DNA of 63,059 bases, filler included, from Circinaria calcarea (GCA_051942165.1; 51 parts of 51 records of this genome joined end to end with filler, not necessarily neighbours in it), one strand, 5' to 3'. Numbered from the whole stretch's first letter, positions 48,823 through 59,972 are shown. Notes: generated from the letters alone by a model not told the origin. Made by a program: numbers and translations.

Positions 48823-49634
48823 GACTCTTCAAGTACGTCTTGCCCGTTTTATTCTACTGATTTGTTCAAACACCCTCTAACCTGATCCTAGCACATTAGA
48901 AACGAGGTCAACGAAATACGGCTTGTACGAAGATATTATGCATCACTTCCGCTACTACCCTTTGCTCTTCTTGTGTTCTTCTGCTTGCATGCATATTACA
49001 GCGGGGTGCTGGTGGAGAAGAACAGAAATGGCGTTTAGCTGGAAAAATCTGCTTTGTTGGGATCAGGAGAGGAGGAAGGGGCAAAAAAGATCTTTGTATG
49101 CTAGGTGAAATTAGCTGTGACGGATTCGACAGGTAGAAAGGGGAAATGATGGTGCATTCTCCCTTTCGCGCTCCGTTGTGAATTTCCCAAAGTTGTAACC
49201 GTCCGTTTTCCTAATTAGAATGAGGGTTCTACTATGAACCTCATGGCCCCCATTTCCAATTCAACCATTTGTCGGTACCTGGGCCCTTTCTCTTTCTTCC
49301 AAACCCCCAGCAAACGACTCTCTCTTCCTTTCCTTTCCTTTTCCTTCCCTTTCCTTTCCACCTTTCCTGCCCGTGTGCCGATTTCTGAAGATTCTACAGC
49401 AATTGTTACGAGCTTCGGGGCACTGTTCGTCACTAGCACTGGCATTGGGTATCCGTCACTGGCACCACCGCATTCATGGCCCCACCGAGATTTCCTAGTT
49501 GCGATAACTCCGGGGAAAATAAAGGGGGGGGGAGNNNNNNNNNNNNNNNNNNNNNNNNNNNNNNNNNNNNNNNNNNNNTTAATTAATTAANNNNNNNNNN
49601 NNNNNNNNNNNNNNNNNNNNNNNNNNNNNNNNNN

Positions 49635-50241
49635 GTATAGTATGGAATAAGCATGCAGTATAGCATGGAAAGAGCATGCAGTATAGCATGGAAAGAGCAT
49701 GCAGTATAGCATGGAAAGAGCATGCAGTATAGTATGGAAAGAGCATGCAGTATAGCATGGAGCATAGCATAGCGAAAGCACGCAGCATAACATAACGCAT
49801 AGCACACAGCATAGCATAGCTGGCGGCATAGCATGGAAATGGCACGTAGCATAGCACACAGCATAGCATAGCACGCAGCATAGCATGACTCGCAGCATAG
49901 TATGGCTCGCAGCATAGCATAGTATAATAAGAAGCATAAAATAGCATAAGCTCAGCATAAAAGTTAGTACGCTACGCTGAATGTAGTAGATTATTTTCCT
50001 ATTCGAGCGAAAAACTAGGCCCGTCTGAGCGAAAAACTAGGCTCAATTGAGCGAAAAACTAGACTCGATCGAGCGAAAAGCTAGGCTCGATCGAGCGAAA
50101 AATTAGGCCCGATCGAGCGATAAGCTAAACCTAATAAGGTAATTTTTGCGGCTAGAGTGAGAATATCGTATAATTTTGGTTCGGTTCGGAAAATCTTGCG
50201 CCGAAGTTAAACCCTTCCATTCATTCTTCGTTTCAGGGCAC
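49635..50241 (-). mobile_element. Putative 5' part of the Helitron2-like repeat (less mutated copy)
   Basis: TAGCA satellite with 23-bp units GCATGCAGTATAGCATGGAAAGA, 22-bp array, ends CGTTTCAGGGCAC on the plus strand. Confidence 0.72.
50001..50132 (-). repeat. Six-unit 22-bp tandem array (GATCGAGCGAAAAACTAGGCTC-like)
   Basis: Units start at 50001, 50023, 50045, 50067, 50089, 50111. Confidence 0.92.
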
Positions 50242-50627
50242 TCTGTTACTGTACACAGCATACATACACAGCAATTCCACAGTATTACGTATTTCATAGC
50301 ATTTTGATAGATTATATACATACACTTCGCAGCCATATTGCGCATTTGCTTTTTGAAGACGGAGTGCTCACCCTGTAACGTTCCTCTTGTTTCTAAACGG
50401 GTTGGCTCGCACTCTACGGATTACTCAACCAACAGGTCAAGCGTCTTAACCAACCTCAATACATCTGACATGTAATACCCATAGATGAGATGTAATCCCA
50501 CCAGGGGTTCCCCCACGGTCATACTATTGCTTTCAACAACGACCGAGAGATACTGCTCCGCCTGAACCGCATATCCATAACCTCTTTTTTAGAGACATAT
50601 ACTATTTTATACTACTTGTCACTACCA

Positions 50628-50766
50628 ATGGAATCAAACGGCAGCCTCGAATCCCTCCGTCGTCTACGGGAGAAAGCCGACACCGTCCTGTCCGATCCCC
50701 ATAAAAACACCCTCCCATCCATCCCAGCCCTCCACACCTCCACAGCCTCACTCCTCCAACACCTTC
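50628..50766 (+). CDS. Protein N-terminus, possibly a PLP-dependent decarboxylase
   Basis: MESNGSLESL...TLPSIPALHTSTASLLQHL open to contig end; resemblance only. Confidence 0.3.
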
Positions 50767-50881
50767 NNNNNNNNNNNNNNNNNNNNNNNNNNNNNNNNNN
50801 NNNNNNNNNNTTAATTAATTAANNNNNNNNNNNNNNNNNNNNNNNNNNNNNNNNNNNNNNNNNNNNCTCTTACCCTTTCGG

Positions 50882-51490
50882 ATGGGGCCAACAGCGACCT
50901 CCTTCTTCCTCGGCATCCTCTTCTCCCTCTTCCCCTACGACTACCCCATCCTCTGGACCACGCCCTCGCCCACCCACCTGAACGCCACGGCCTCCGCCTT
51001 CAGCGCCTACAGCGGGCACCTCTCGCTCCTGTACGCTTCCCCGCCGCTGATCCCGCGCCTGCTGCACATTGTCGTGGCCATCGGCCTGCTCGGCTTCTTC
51101 CTGAAGCTGTACCGGCCCTCGGAGTCGAACCTGCTCTTCGACGGCGCCTCGCTCGGCCTCTACGTCGTCGGCATCATCGTCTACGTCACCAACATCGCCT
51201 CGGGCCTCAAGGCCGTGGCCGAGGGCGAGGCGGCCCCGCTCGAGGAGCTGCAGGCCCGGGGCACCGAGGCCGAGGGCGAGCTGGTCGACGTGAGCACCGA
51301 GGACGGCTTGCGCGTCTTGGCCGCGAGTAATACCATCCTGGCGCTCGTCATGGTGGGCGTGCTGGTGCTGCAGGCCGGGCAGTGGTATGCCGAGAGGAAG
51401 GAGGGCCAGGAGGTCGAGAGGTGGAGACGGGAGGCCGGGGAGAAGAGGAAGGGCGTGGGCGCGGGTGGGGCGGGGAAGAAGAAGATTTGA
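50882..51490 (+). CDS. SHR3: ER packaging chaperone Shr3, near complete
   Basis: TSFFLGILF..FPYDYPILW, KLYRPSESNLLFDGASL, VLAASNTIL..V.VGVLVLQAGQWYAE, basic C-terminus. Confidence 0.93.
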   Translation: MGPTATSFFLGILFSLFPYDYPILWTTPSPTHLNATASAFSAYSGHLSLLYASPPLIPRLLHIVVAIGLLGFFLKLYRPSESNLLFDGASLGLYVVGIIVYVTNIASGLKAVAEGEAAPLEELQARGTEAEGELVDVSTEDGLRVLAASNTILALVMVGVLVLQAGQWYAERKEGQEVERWRREAGEKRKGVGAGGAGKKKI

Positions 51491-52141
51491 TGAGACACGG
51501 GAGTTTGGGATTAAAAGGAGGGGGTTGTGGGGTTTGGAAGTTGAGGGAAAAGGGAGTGGGATATGGATATGGATGGATTTGGGGTTTTTTTCCCGGATAA
51601 TTGGACATAGGTGATGGAAGGGGGCGTTCTACACGCTCGAGACGAATATTGTGAGGTCGCGACCAGCGTTATCCTTTAATCCCCCTTTTTCCCTCCATCT
51701 CTGCACTTGTTCGGTCATGGCCGTGGTGCGTCATATTTTCAAAGGAGCCAACCGTTGATCCTGGCAATCTATATATCCCAGCAGCCCAGCGGATAAAATG
51801 CACGGTAAGGGGAAACCTTTTCCACAAAGAAACCTCGCATCCCCGCTTTTTCCTTGAAACGAACATCCTCCGTACGTACACTATTTACACCGTATATTTA
51901 CAAATCCCACATCAGGCAGGCAAAAACCGCTCTTGCTAAAATTTTTCTCCCATCTCATCTTTCCAACATTCCTAACCATGCATCCTTCCCCTCACCCCNN
52001 NNNNNNNNNNNNNNNNNNNNNNNNNNNNNNNNNNNNNNNNNNTTAATTAATTAANNNNNNNNNNNNNNNNNNNNNNNNNNNNNNNNNNNNNNNNNNNNGG
52101 GAAACTAAGCTGCCTGCCCGCACTTCTTTTATTTGATACGT

Positions 52142-53204
52142 TTAAGCTCCGATAGCCTGCGGATTCCAAAACAGCCTTTCAGGGTCCCAGATATCTTTGA
52201 GCGCAAGCAGTTTGGAGTAAACAGCATCACCGTAGTAAAGAGCATGCGCCTGGGCCGCTGTATAGCTAGGATCCACGTAACCCAGGTATGCAGTAAAGGT
52301 AGTCTCAGGCTGGGCATTCGTTATGGCATCGCTTAGGCCAGTAACAAATGGTTCGATGGCAGGAGGGAAGGGGAAAGTGGCACTGCTTGTGAAGCCATAA
52401 TGTTGGAAAACCCAGAGGGAAGAACGTTCAGGGTATGCTGCAAAAGATTCATCTTTGGTGTTGATCTGAGAACCAGGGCCACCGTAGAGATTGATAATCG
52501 AGAACCACGGCTAGAAAAAAGCGGTCAGGACTGAAGAGAATGAAGTTACACAGAAACTTACATTTGGAGCACCAACGCCTTCGGCAATTATGTAATTGAA
52601 ATAGCTTGTTAAGGCTGCTGAGGTCAGAGGCTCGCTTTCCGGTGAAACCAGGCTCTTGGCAAACTATATTGATGATTAGCTAAGATTGGGCTTGGGAGGG
52701 TCGGAGACTCACAAAGTTATCATGAAGGTCGTAGCCAGTAAGGGGTTGGGATAATGTCGTCATAGATCCTCCAGTCGCTTGATATTCGAGAGCTGTGATC
52801 CAGTCTACTTGTTCTACTTGTTGGAAGTTTGGTGCAAGGATGCCGCGAAGGAGCTCTGGCGCAATCTTTTATGATTGGTTGAGTCAGCAAGCCGTTCTTT
52901 GAGAAAGATGTACAAACAAGAACCAGCATACCATGCTGTTGAAGGTATCAATGCTTCCAAAGTATACACCGCTAATACTGAAATCGTTCCCATCTAGGTG
53001 GACTCCAAAGCCAATGTCTTGGTCAACGACGGATGAGTTTAGCGCAAAGTTCTGCCAATGGAGGAAAGTATTTGTCATTTTCGCGCTCGAGGTGTACATA
53101 TCGGGAAAGCCATAATGCCAGTACACCAAGCTGCTGGGGGCAGGCTGCGTTTGCAGGTAAAAGTGCGTCACCACACCAAAAGATTCAGCAGCTCCCCGTA
53201 GTGC
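52142..53204 (-). CDS. FAD-linked berberine-bridge-like oxidase (AA7/glucooligosaccharide oxidase-like), C-terminal exons
   Basis: ALRGAAESFGVVTHF, FAKSL, WFSIINLYGGPGSQIN, YLGYVDP...YYG....KLLALKDIWDPERLFWNPQAI; three GT-AG introns. Confidence 0.9.
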
Positions 53205-53341
53205 CTGGGAAGATTGGGTTAGTACAGAGTNNNNNNNNNNNNNNNNNNNNNNNNNNNNNNNNNNNNNNNNNNNNTTAATTAATTAANNNNNNNNNNNNNN
53301 NNNNNNNNNNNNNNNNNNNNNNNNNNNNNNGTCTTCTTTTT

Positions 53342-53384
<43 letters not shown>

Positions 53385-54562
53385 CATACGATAGAAATTT
53401 CCAACTACGGCGGAGTAGTTTTCATTGTACCCTCATGGGTTTTGGAACCCGTGGAACCGTGGAACCGTAGACCGTAGACCGTGGAAAGAGGGAGAGGTAA
53501 GGAGCTGAAAGCTCGAATAATTAAATTACTTAACCCATTATGATTTAGATAAAAATTTTCGATTGATTATGGGGCATTCGGTGTGTCTACCGAATACCGA
53601 ATACCGAATACCAGAATGCCAAAATCCCCAGCCTCATACCCACTCAACCCACAACCCCGCCCCCCCCAAAAAAATGATAATAGTCATATCCCTACCGAAA
53701 AATTCCCATCGTCTATCCAAAAAAACCAATACCCCCCATAGAATACCGGAGAAAACATGACACCAAATCCGCCCCTTCCTCCACTCCCCCGCGGTCGAGC
53801 TTCCTGACAATAGGTAAACAATCCAATCCAATGCAATCCAAAAGCTCCCAAGCCTCCAAACCTCCCAAAAAGCACGCACGCATTCCCCCCTTCCTGCCTA
53901 AAGCCCGTAGAAGTATCCGAGAAAAAAGTACACACGCACGGTTCACACGGATAGCCCGACATGGAATTAGCCAAACCTCCATAATCCCCGCCTAAAATGC
54001 TCCTAGCTCCGAGAAACGAAACCACACAAGACAGTAGGGGTATATAGCGTGCCGCAAACAGTTGAAAAGAAAAAGTTCCCTCCGCCGTCTTCCATTTCCC
54101 CCTTTTCCCGGTTTCGGGTCCGTGTTTCTGGGCCTGGAACAGCCGATATTAAGCCGTCTCCTCTCCTCTCCTTTATTCTCGTCCTGTCCGTCCTCCTGGC
54201 TGGCGGATGCATGTGCAGACCGAGAACCCTCCTCCAGTTGGTTTGAGTATTAGTATTAGTGCCATTCCCGCCGAGCGCGCTCATTAAGCTCTCAGCTTCA
54301 GCTTATGCGCTTTTGCTGTAGTTTTGTCATTGTCCCCCCGCACACTACCATCTCCTCCTCCTATTAACTGTGCTGTTTGATTCTTGTCACGATAAGTGAA
54401 TTCCTCCATTGTTCCCTCCCCTCCACCCTCACACTCACCTCCTCCGCCCACCCGCATCTACNNNNNNNNNNNNNNNNNNNNNNNNNNNNNNNNNNNNNNN
54501 NNNNNTTAATTAATTAANNNNNNNNNNNNNNNNNNNNNNNNNNNNNNNNNNNNNNNNNNNNG

Positions 54563-54691
54563 GTTGCCGAGATGATGAACAGGCTCTCGACCGCCTCCGA
54601 GCTGTTGGCGTCGATCGAGCGGCGCGGGTTCCAGGAGGCGGGCATGGCGGGCTGGGGGTTCACGATCATTCGGCAAGCGCCGGAGGACTAA
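54563..54691 (+). CDS. 3' end of a GC-rich, bacterial-looking ORF
   Basis: VAEMMNRLSTASELLASIERRGFQEAGMAGWGFTIIRQAPED*; strong third-position GC bias. Confidence 0.5.
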   Translation, partial: VAEMMNRLSTASELLASIERRGFQEAGMAGWGFTIIRQAPED

Positions 54692-54826
54692 CCCCTGGTA
54701 CCTAGATCGCGAGGCGGTGCTGGCGAGTAATCCAGGATCGATTTCAGCCGCTGATTATCATTGACTATTGTAAGATTGATTGATCTATTGTGAGCAGCTT
54801 ATGCTTCAGGGTGGGGATCGAGTTAG

Positions 54827-55300
54827 GTGCGCACAGCGGACTTAGTGGGTTCAACCATGGTGATATCTATTGCCATAGTTGCTACGGCAGTTTGGTTGAC
54901 CGGTGAGTATAGTCAACCAGAACGGGCGAAGCCTCGCGGCATACTAATAGTAAAAGGCGGTGCCGACTATGCCGCACCCGCTCACCCATATGTCGAACCT
55001 GCAAAATCCGACAACTTAGCTGTTGATGACTTAAGAGTCCGACTGGCGGCTGCCATCCGCTCTCAATATCCAATCCTTAGTAATTCAGAGCTCCTATGTA
55101 ACAGCGAGTCCTGCTCGCTGACGATCTCGCATAAGCCTAACTTACAGCTCAGTGAAGTAAGACTGCTCCCCGGCCCATCAGAAAAGTGGCTAGCGAGCAT
55201 TATGTCCTCACAGCAGCTTGAGCCAACTAGCGAATTGGAGATTATTGTAAATGGTGGGGGGAATGTATCATACAAACAGGGATTCAAGCGAAAGATATGA
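54827..55300 (+). CDS. Hypothetical membrane-anchored protein (bacterial-like)
   Basis: Intronless 157-aa ORF with N-terminal TM segment and C-x4-C; ends 24 bp before the next ORF. Confidence 0.6.
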   Translation: MRTADLVGSTMVISIAIVATAVWLTGEYSQPERAKPRGILIVKGGADYAAPAHPYVEPAKSDNLAVDDLRVRLAAAIRSQYPILSNSELLCNSESCSLTISHKPNLQLSEVRLLPGPSEKWLASIMSSQQLEPTSELEIIVNGGGNVSYKQGFKRKI

Positions 55301-55324
55301 GAGACTTCTTATTGGAGAATAGAG

Positions 55325-55691
55325 ATGAAATATGTGAGCAGGATGTCAGCATTAGCCTTGATCGGCTTACAGTTCAGTGGGCAAGCGTATGCTCAGGAGC
55401 GTCAGGTTAATTTTCAGGAGCCTTTTAGCGATGATAACGATGAGACCGCGAAAGAGCTAAGTGCATATGAGAATATAACACCCGCCGAAGCAAGAAGCAG
55501 ACTTCAAACCCAAACACAAAACTCAGCTACATCGTACGCCGCTGGCGAGGAGTTCCGGGACACAATTGCTGGAACAGACATCACTCCCGCATCATCAGGT
55601 GTAACCATATATGTAAAACGCGGTAACGGCAATAAAGTTAGGTCGGCAATTCTATCAAAGATTGCCGCAGGCTCGTCTCCTATGCGAGGAT
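55325..55691 (+). CDS. Secreted bacterial-like protein, N-terminal fragment; possible protease pro-region
   Basis: GGAGA Shine-Dalgarno just upstream of ATG; Sec signal peptide ending AYA|Q; ITPAEARSRLQTQ...EFRDTIAG resembles pro-regions of bacterial S1-type proteases. Confidence 0.6.
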
Positions 55692-55791
55692 NNNNNNNNN
55701 NNNNNNNNNNNNNNNNNNNNNNNNNNNNNNNNNNNTTAATTAATTAANNNNNNNNNNNNNNNNNNNNNNNNNNNNNNNNNNNNNNNNNNNN

Positions 55792-56150
55792 ACAGACCGG
55801 TTTTCGTCAAGGGTTATAGATGACGAGAAAGGATTCAGCCATTTCCAGTCACTGAACCACTTTGCCTCCCCACTTGTGCTGTTTTTTTGGACAGGCGGCT
55901 CATGTGCTGCTGGTCGGAAAGGGCTGTGAATATTCTGTAAAGATGAAAGTTTGGGCCGGGGAATAGAAGGACGGTGAATGTGCTTTGCAGCACCTTTCGC
56001 GGTGTCCGATAATTCCGATACTGAGGACGTAGAGAAAGTGATAATTAGTACAATAAAAGCCCCAACAAGTATAACCATCAGAGGGCCTTTCCTCGAAGTC
56101 TGCCGAGGATATGCGATAGAGGGTCCATTGGGATACTCTTTTGATGCCAT
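55792..56150 (-). CDS. Fungal type II membrane protein of unknown function, N-terminal fragment
   Basis: Single TM segment, then HEPPVQKNSTSGEAKWFSDWKWLNPFSSSITLDENRS. Confidence 0.7.
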
Positions 56151-56355
56151 ACTCAGAGTAAGGGTATATGGCAGTGATAGGATCCTATCTCTCTTCCGTA
56201 ATGTCAAGATTTTCTTCTAAAAGCCTTGAAGACATAATGTTCTGTCTACGAACTCGACCTTCAGTCGGCATACCTACCTTTGATGATGGCGCGTAGTCGG
56301 CTGTGGGCGTCAAGTTAGAAGCGATAGACGCGCCCGATATTCTGGGGCTAAGATA

Positions 56356-56763
56356 CCAGAGGTCCCTGAGCTATGCCGCATCCGGCCCAATGCCGCATTT
56401 TCCCCGCATTCTAACCACCATTTCAAAAAATCATTATTCCACCAATATGGCCTCAATTGATTCAGCTCTTGCAGATCTAGACGCCCAATTGCGCCCGAAT
56501 ATACGAGCTACTGCCAGAAAATACGGCCTGGTCGAAAACACCCTAAGAAAACACTGGAAAGGCTAAACCATGTCTTGCCAAGACACTGCCTCAAAATACA
56601 TTTAATAACTTACCAACAATCAAAAAAAAACATTAATAGGCTAAATTAATCGCCTAATTAATTAAAGAATACCTTCGACTAGCAGGATGATACGTAATTT
56701 TATAAAAAAAATGCTGAACAGCCCTGTTGAAAAGAATTAAACAAGAAATTTTATATAAAAATA
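56356..56763 (+). mobile_element. pogo/Fot1 transposon left end, second RIP-mutated copy
   Basis: Colinear with 9971-10370; MASIDSALADL...; preceded by TA at 56354-56355. Confidence 0.88.
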
Positions 56764-56921
56764 TGTAATGGCGCCACCAGCCGTGATCAGTACTACGCGT
56801 ACCAAGGGTATTCTGGAGGATGATCCAAGTGATCCCTTGTGTAACGTATGGGATCAATGGGAGCACTAGTGATCTAAGTGATCCGGTTGATCTGGTTAGG
56901 GAGCAGTGGGATCATAGGGAT
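56764..56921 (+). mobile_element. Putative LTR interrupting the pogo copy
   Basis: Starts TGTAATG; shared with 24884-24981. Confidence 0.7.
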
Positions 56922-57065
56922 NNNNNNNNNNNNNNNNNNNNNNNNNNNNNNNNNNNNNNNNNNNNTTAATTAATTAANNNNNNNNNNNNNNNNNNNNNNN
57001 NNNNNNNNNNNNNNNNNNNNNTATGCTTCTTGGCCTGGGACTGAGGTAACTAACGGACAACGCAG

Positions 57066-58151
57066 CGTCCTCGGTGGCTTCGAGCTCGGAAGCCAGCCTT
57101 CTCGATCCAGCAGCTGTCGCGAAATTACTCGCCAAGAAAGATAGTGTTGTAGGCAAGGTTAAGATCAGGAAGCAACCGGTGAAGCCAAAGTCCAAGGAAG
57201 GCGAGAATCATGGTGATTAACCTTCCAGTGGTAGATCCCACTTGATCGAATCTAACCTCCCCCCTCTACAGACACCAGCGCCAATGGAGCCCTTCGCAGC
57301 CCCTCGCCCGATTCGCCCCTCATCAATGAAATCGACCCCGAGCTTCGTGCCACTTTTCCCACCGGTCGGCCAATGGAAGACCGTGCCGACATGATCCAAT
57401 GCAAGCACTGCAAAAAAGCCATGCTCACCTCGGTCGCCGCCTCCCACATCAAGCTGTGTCTCCAAAAGAAGCTCGACCGCGCTCAGAAGAAGAAGGAAGC
57501 CAAAGAAGCTGCGCGCAAGGCCCGGGAAGCCCGCGATAGAGGTGAAGATAAGGACGGCGATGCGCACATGGAAGATTCCGTCACGGTGGGCAGCCGCAAC
57601 AACGCCGACGGCGACACGGGCAACGACTCCCTCAACGGCTCCTCGCAAGCGCTCAAGACTGGTAAGAAATCCACCTCCTCCTCCAGTAAAGCCACCCCCG
57701 CAACCTCCAACTCCAAAAAACGCAAAGCTGAGGGCGGAGAAGCCGACAAAGGGCCCAACAAAAAGAAGACCAAAAAGGAACTCCACGCTTCGCAGCCCAA
57801 GATCCCCAAGCCCAAAGGCCCCGTTGATGTGGAAAAGCAATGCGGGGTCGCACTTCCCAACGGGGCCTTCTGTGCCCGCAGCCTGACCTGCAAATCCCAC
57901 AGTATGGGCGCCAAACGCGCCGTCCCAGGCCGTTCCCTGCCCTACGATATGCTCCTCACGGCCTACCAGAAAAAGAACCAAGCGAAGCAGCAAAAAGCCG
58001 CCATTGACGCCAACGCGCCCCTGTTGGACGAAACGGAGCCCGGCGGGCCAATCGACAGCGATGAGGAAAAAGACGCCGTGATGGCTGCGGTGGCGAGGAG
58101 CTGGCCGCGCCCGGTGGCCCAGCATGTATTTCTGCCGGTGAGGAAGAAGTA
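57066..58151 (+). CDS. SGF73: SAGA deubiquitination-module subunit Sgf73 (ataxin-7 family), partial
   Basis: CKHC...H...C zinc finger and SCA7 domain KPKGPVDVEKQCGV.LPNG..CARSLTCKSHSMGAKRAVPGRSLPYD. Confidence 0.95.
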
Positions 58152-59025
58152 NNNNNNNNNNNNNNNNNNNNNNNNNNNNNNNNNNNNNNNNNNNNTTAAT
58201 TAATTAANNNNNNNNNNNNNNNNNNNNNNNNNNNNNNNNNNNNNNNNNNNNGTTGAAGGAGTGGGCCGAAGCTAGACGGACGAATGATAGAGAAGGTTTC
58301 GTGGAGGTCATCACCCACCCCCATCCAACACAAGGCTCCAAGGAAGGACACGACTAAGGACAATGTGAAGGATACCAAGCCTTGGGTGCATATTGCACGG
58401 CTGTTTCAGTTCATACGTGTATAATTAGTTTATGACCAAATCATTATCCCGACACACATACCTACTCCCCAGTGCAAGCACTAGGGCGATGCATCTACAT
58501 TAAATTTAAGTGCGTGACCCACCATAGTTACTGAGTAGTCTGACGGCCGGTGCAGGCCAAACTAGCGTTCCCATGATCATTAGACAACAACAATTGATCT
58601 CTCCCGAGATGTAATCCGCGCTAGGCTTACGAGAATGCAGGAACAAGCAGCAAGTACGTTTCAAACAGACCTTGGGCTCATCAGGTTGAACCGGGGGGTG
58701 TGGTGGGCTGCATGTCATAGTGCGATCCGATCAGTTGCACAGCGGCATAGAATTACAATGCAGGACTTTGTAGTTTCGTGGCTAAGGGGCTCCTCAGACC
58801 AAGGCACGTATTCGTACAGCCGTTCGTTGATACGGTCACCGGCTTCTTCCTCTTCTTGTTCTTCTTCTTCTCCATCATGCGGAAGGCTTGTCCTCACCTT
58901 CTTACCTCTGATTCCCTGCGGCTTTGCCGGCCATATACGCTTTATCTTTCTCCGTTGCTTCGTTCATTTTATTGTACGTCCTTATTAAACACTTTCGTAA
59001 TCGCTGCTGTCTCTTCAAACCCGTT

Positions 59026-59380
59026 ATGGCTGTAAGCTACGATAGTAAGGGGCTCGAAGCTTCACAGCCTTTTCTCAATAATCTCAACGATGCCTTCCCA
59101 AACGAGGACCTAGGTCAGCGACCAGTTACTATGCGAACGAAACAAAGCTATCACCTCTGGAATCGATATTCGGTTACTTTTCACCTGCTGATACTCGCCA
59201 CTTACTCTTTTGCCTTTCTTCTCGCTGGGGGATTCAAGGCGAGGCGACCATCTTGTGCCTCAGAGATTCTCCCACTGCCAGCACGGGAAGCGGTCAAGTG
59301 GGAGCTGCGGCCATTTACTACCAGTCTGGTGGATAACCCATTCACTGGAACACCACGCCCTGCGTTAGACCAGGCGTGGC
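59026..59380 (+). CDS. DUF3328/UstYa-like protein, N-terminal fragment
   Basis: Single TM helix, then PAREAVKWE...F......NPFTGTPRPALDQAW, typical of DUF3328 upstream of the HxxHC motifs. Confidence 0.8.
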
Positions 59381-59480
59381 NNNNNNNNNNNNNNNNNNNN
59401 NNNNNNNNNNNNNNNNNNNNNNNNTTAATTAATTAANNNNNNNNNNNNNNNNNNNNNNNNNNNNNNNNNNNNNNNNNNNN

Positions 59481-59972
59481 GGATCCGCAATCTTCTACCA
59501 GTGTCTCAGCGGGGACTTTTACAATCTTTACGATCAGGCCATCGGAGGCCAATGCACACCGGTGTATATCAATACCATTCCTTGTGTACAGACCTCGGGC
59601 TCCGGCTCGGCCACAGCAGCCCCAGTCACCAGCTCGACCGATACCCCGACCTCTACACCGAGCGCCATCGCCCCCACTCCTTCATTGAGCAACAGCCCAA
59701 TCACAACAGTCTCTGTTAGCACAACATCGGCTGTTTATAATTCATCTAGTGCCGCATCAACTTCGACTGTCATTGTCACGACTCCTTATGCCAACACAAC
59801 ATTGAGCACCACGGCAGCCCCGATTACCCAGACTTCTGCTTCGGGTTCCGCTCCTATTGGCTCTGCTACCGAATCTATTACTCCTTTCCCGTCGAATGCG
59901 GCCGGTATCCTTGCCAAGAACAACGAGTTTATTGCCTTGGCTGCTGGTGTTGCTGCACTCGTCATGATCTAA
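59481..59972 (+). CDS. PIR/Cis3-like cell-wall protein with Ser/Thr stalk and GPI-type C-terminus, partial
   Basis: [14 protein letters not shown]...[10 protein letters not shown]-rich region, SNAA omega-like site and hydrophobic tail. Confidence 0.8.
   Translation, partial: GSAIFYQCLSGDFYNLYDQAIGGQCTPVYINTIPCVQTSGSGSATAAPVTSSTDTPTSTPSAIAPTPSLSNSPITTVSVSTTSAVYNSSSAASTSTVIVTTPYANTTLSTTAAPITQTSASGSAPIGSATESITPFPSNAAGILAKNNEFIALAAGVAALVMI

Noticed and set aside
50001..50132. 22-bp arrays as CRISPR repeats
   Set aside because: Units abut with no unique spacers, there are no cas genes, and the context is a eukaryotic repeat
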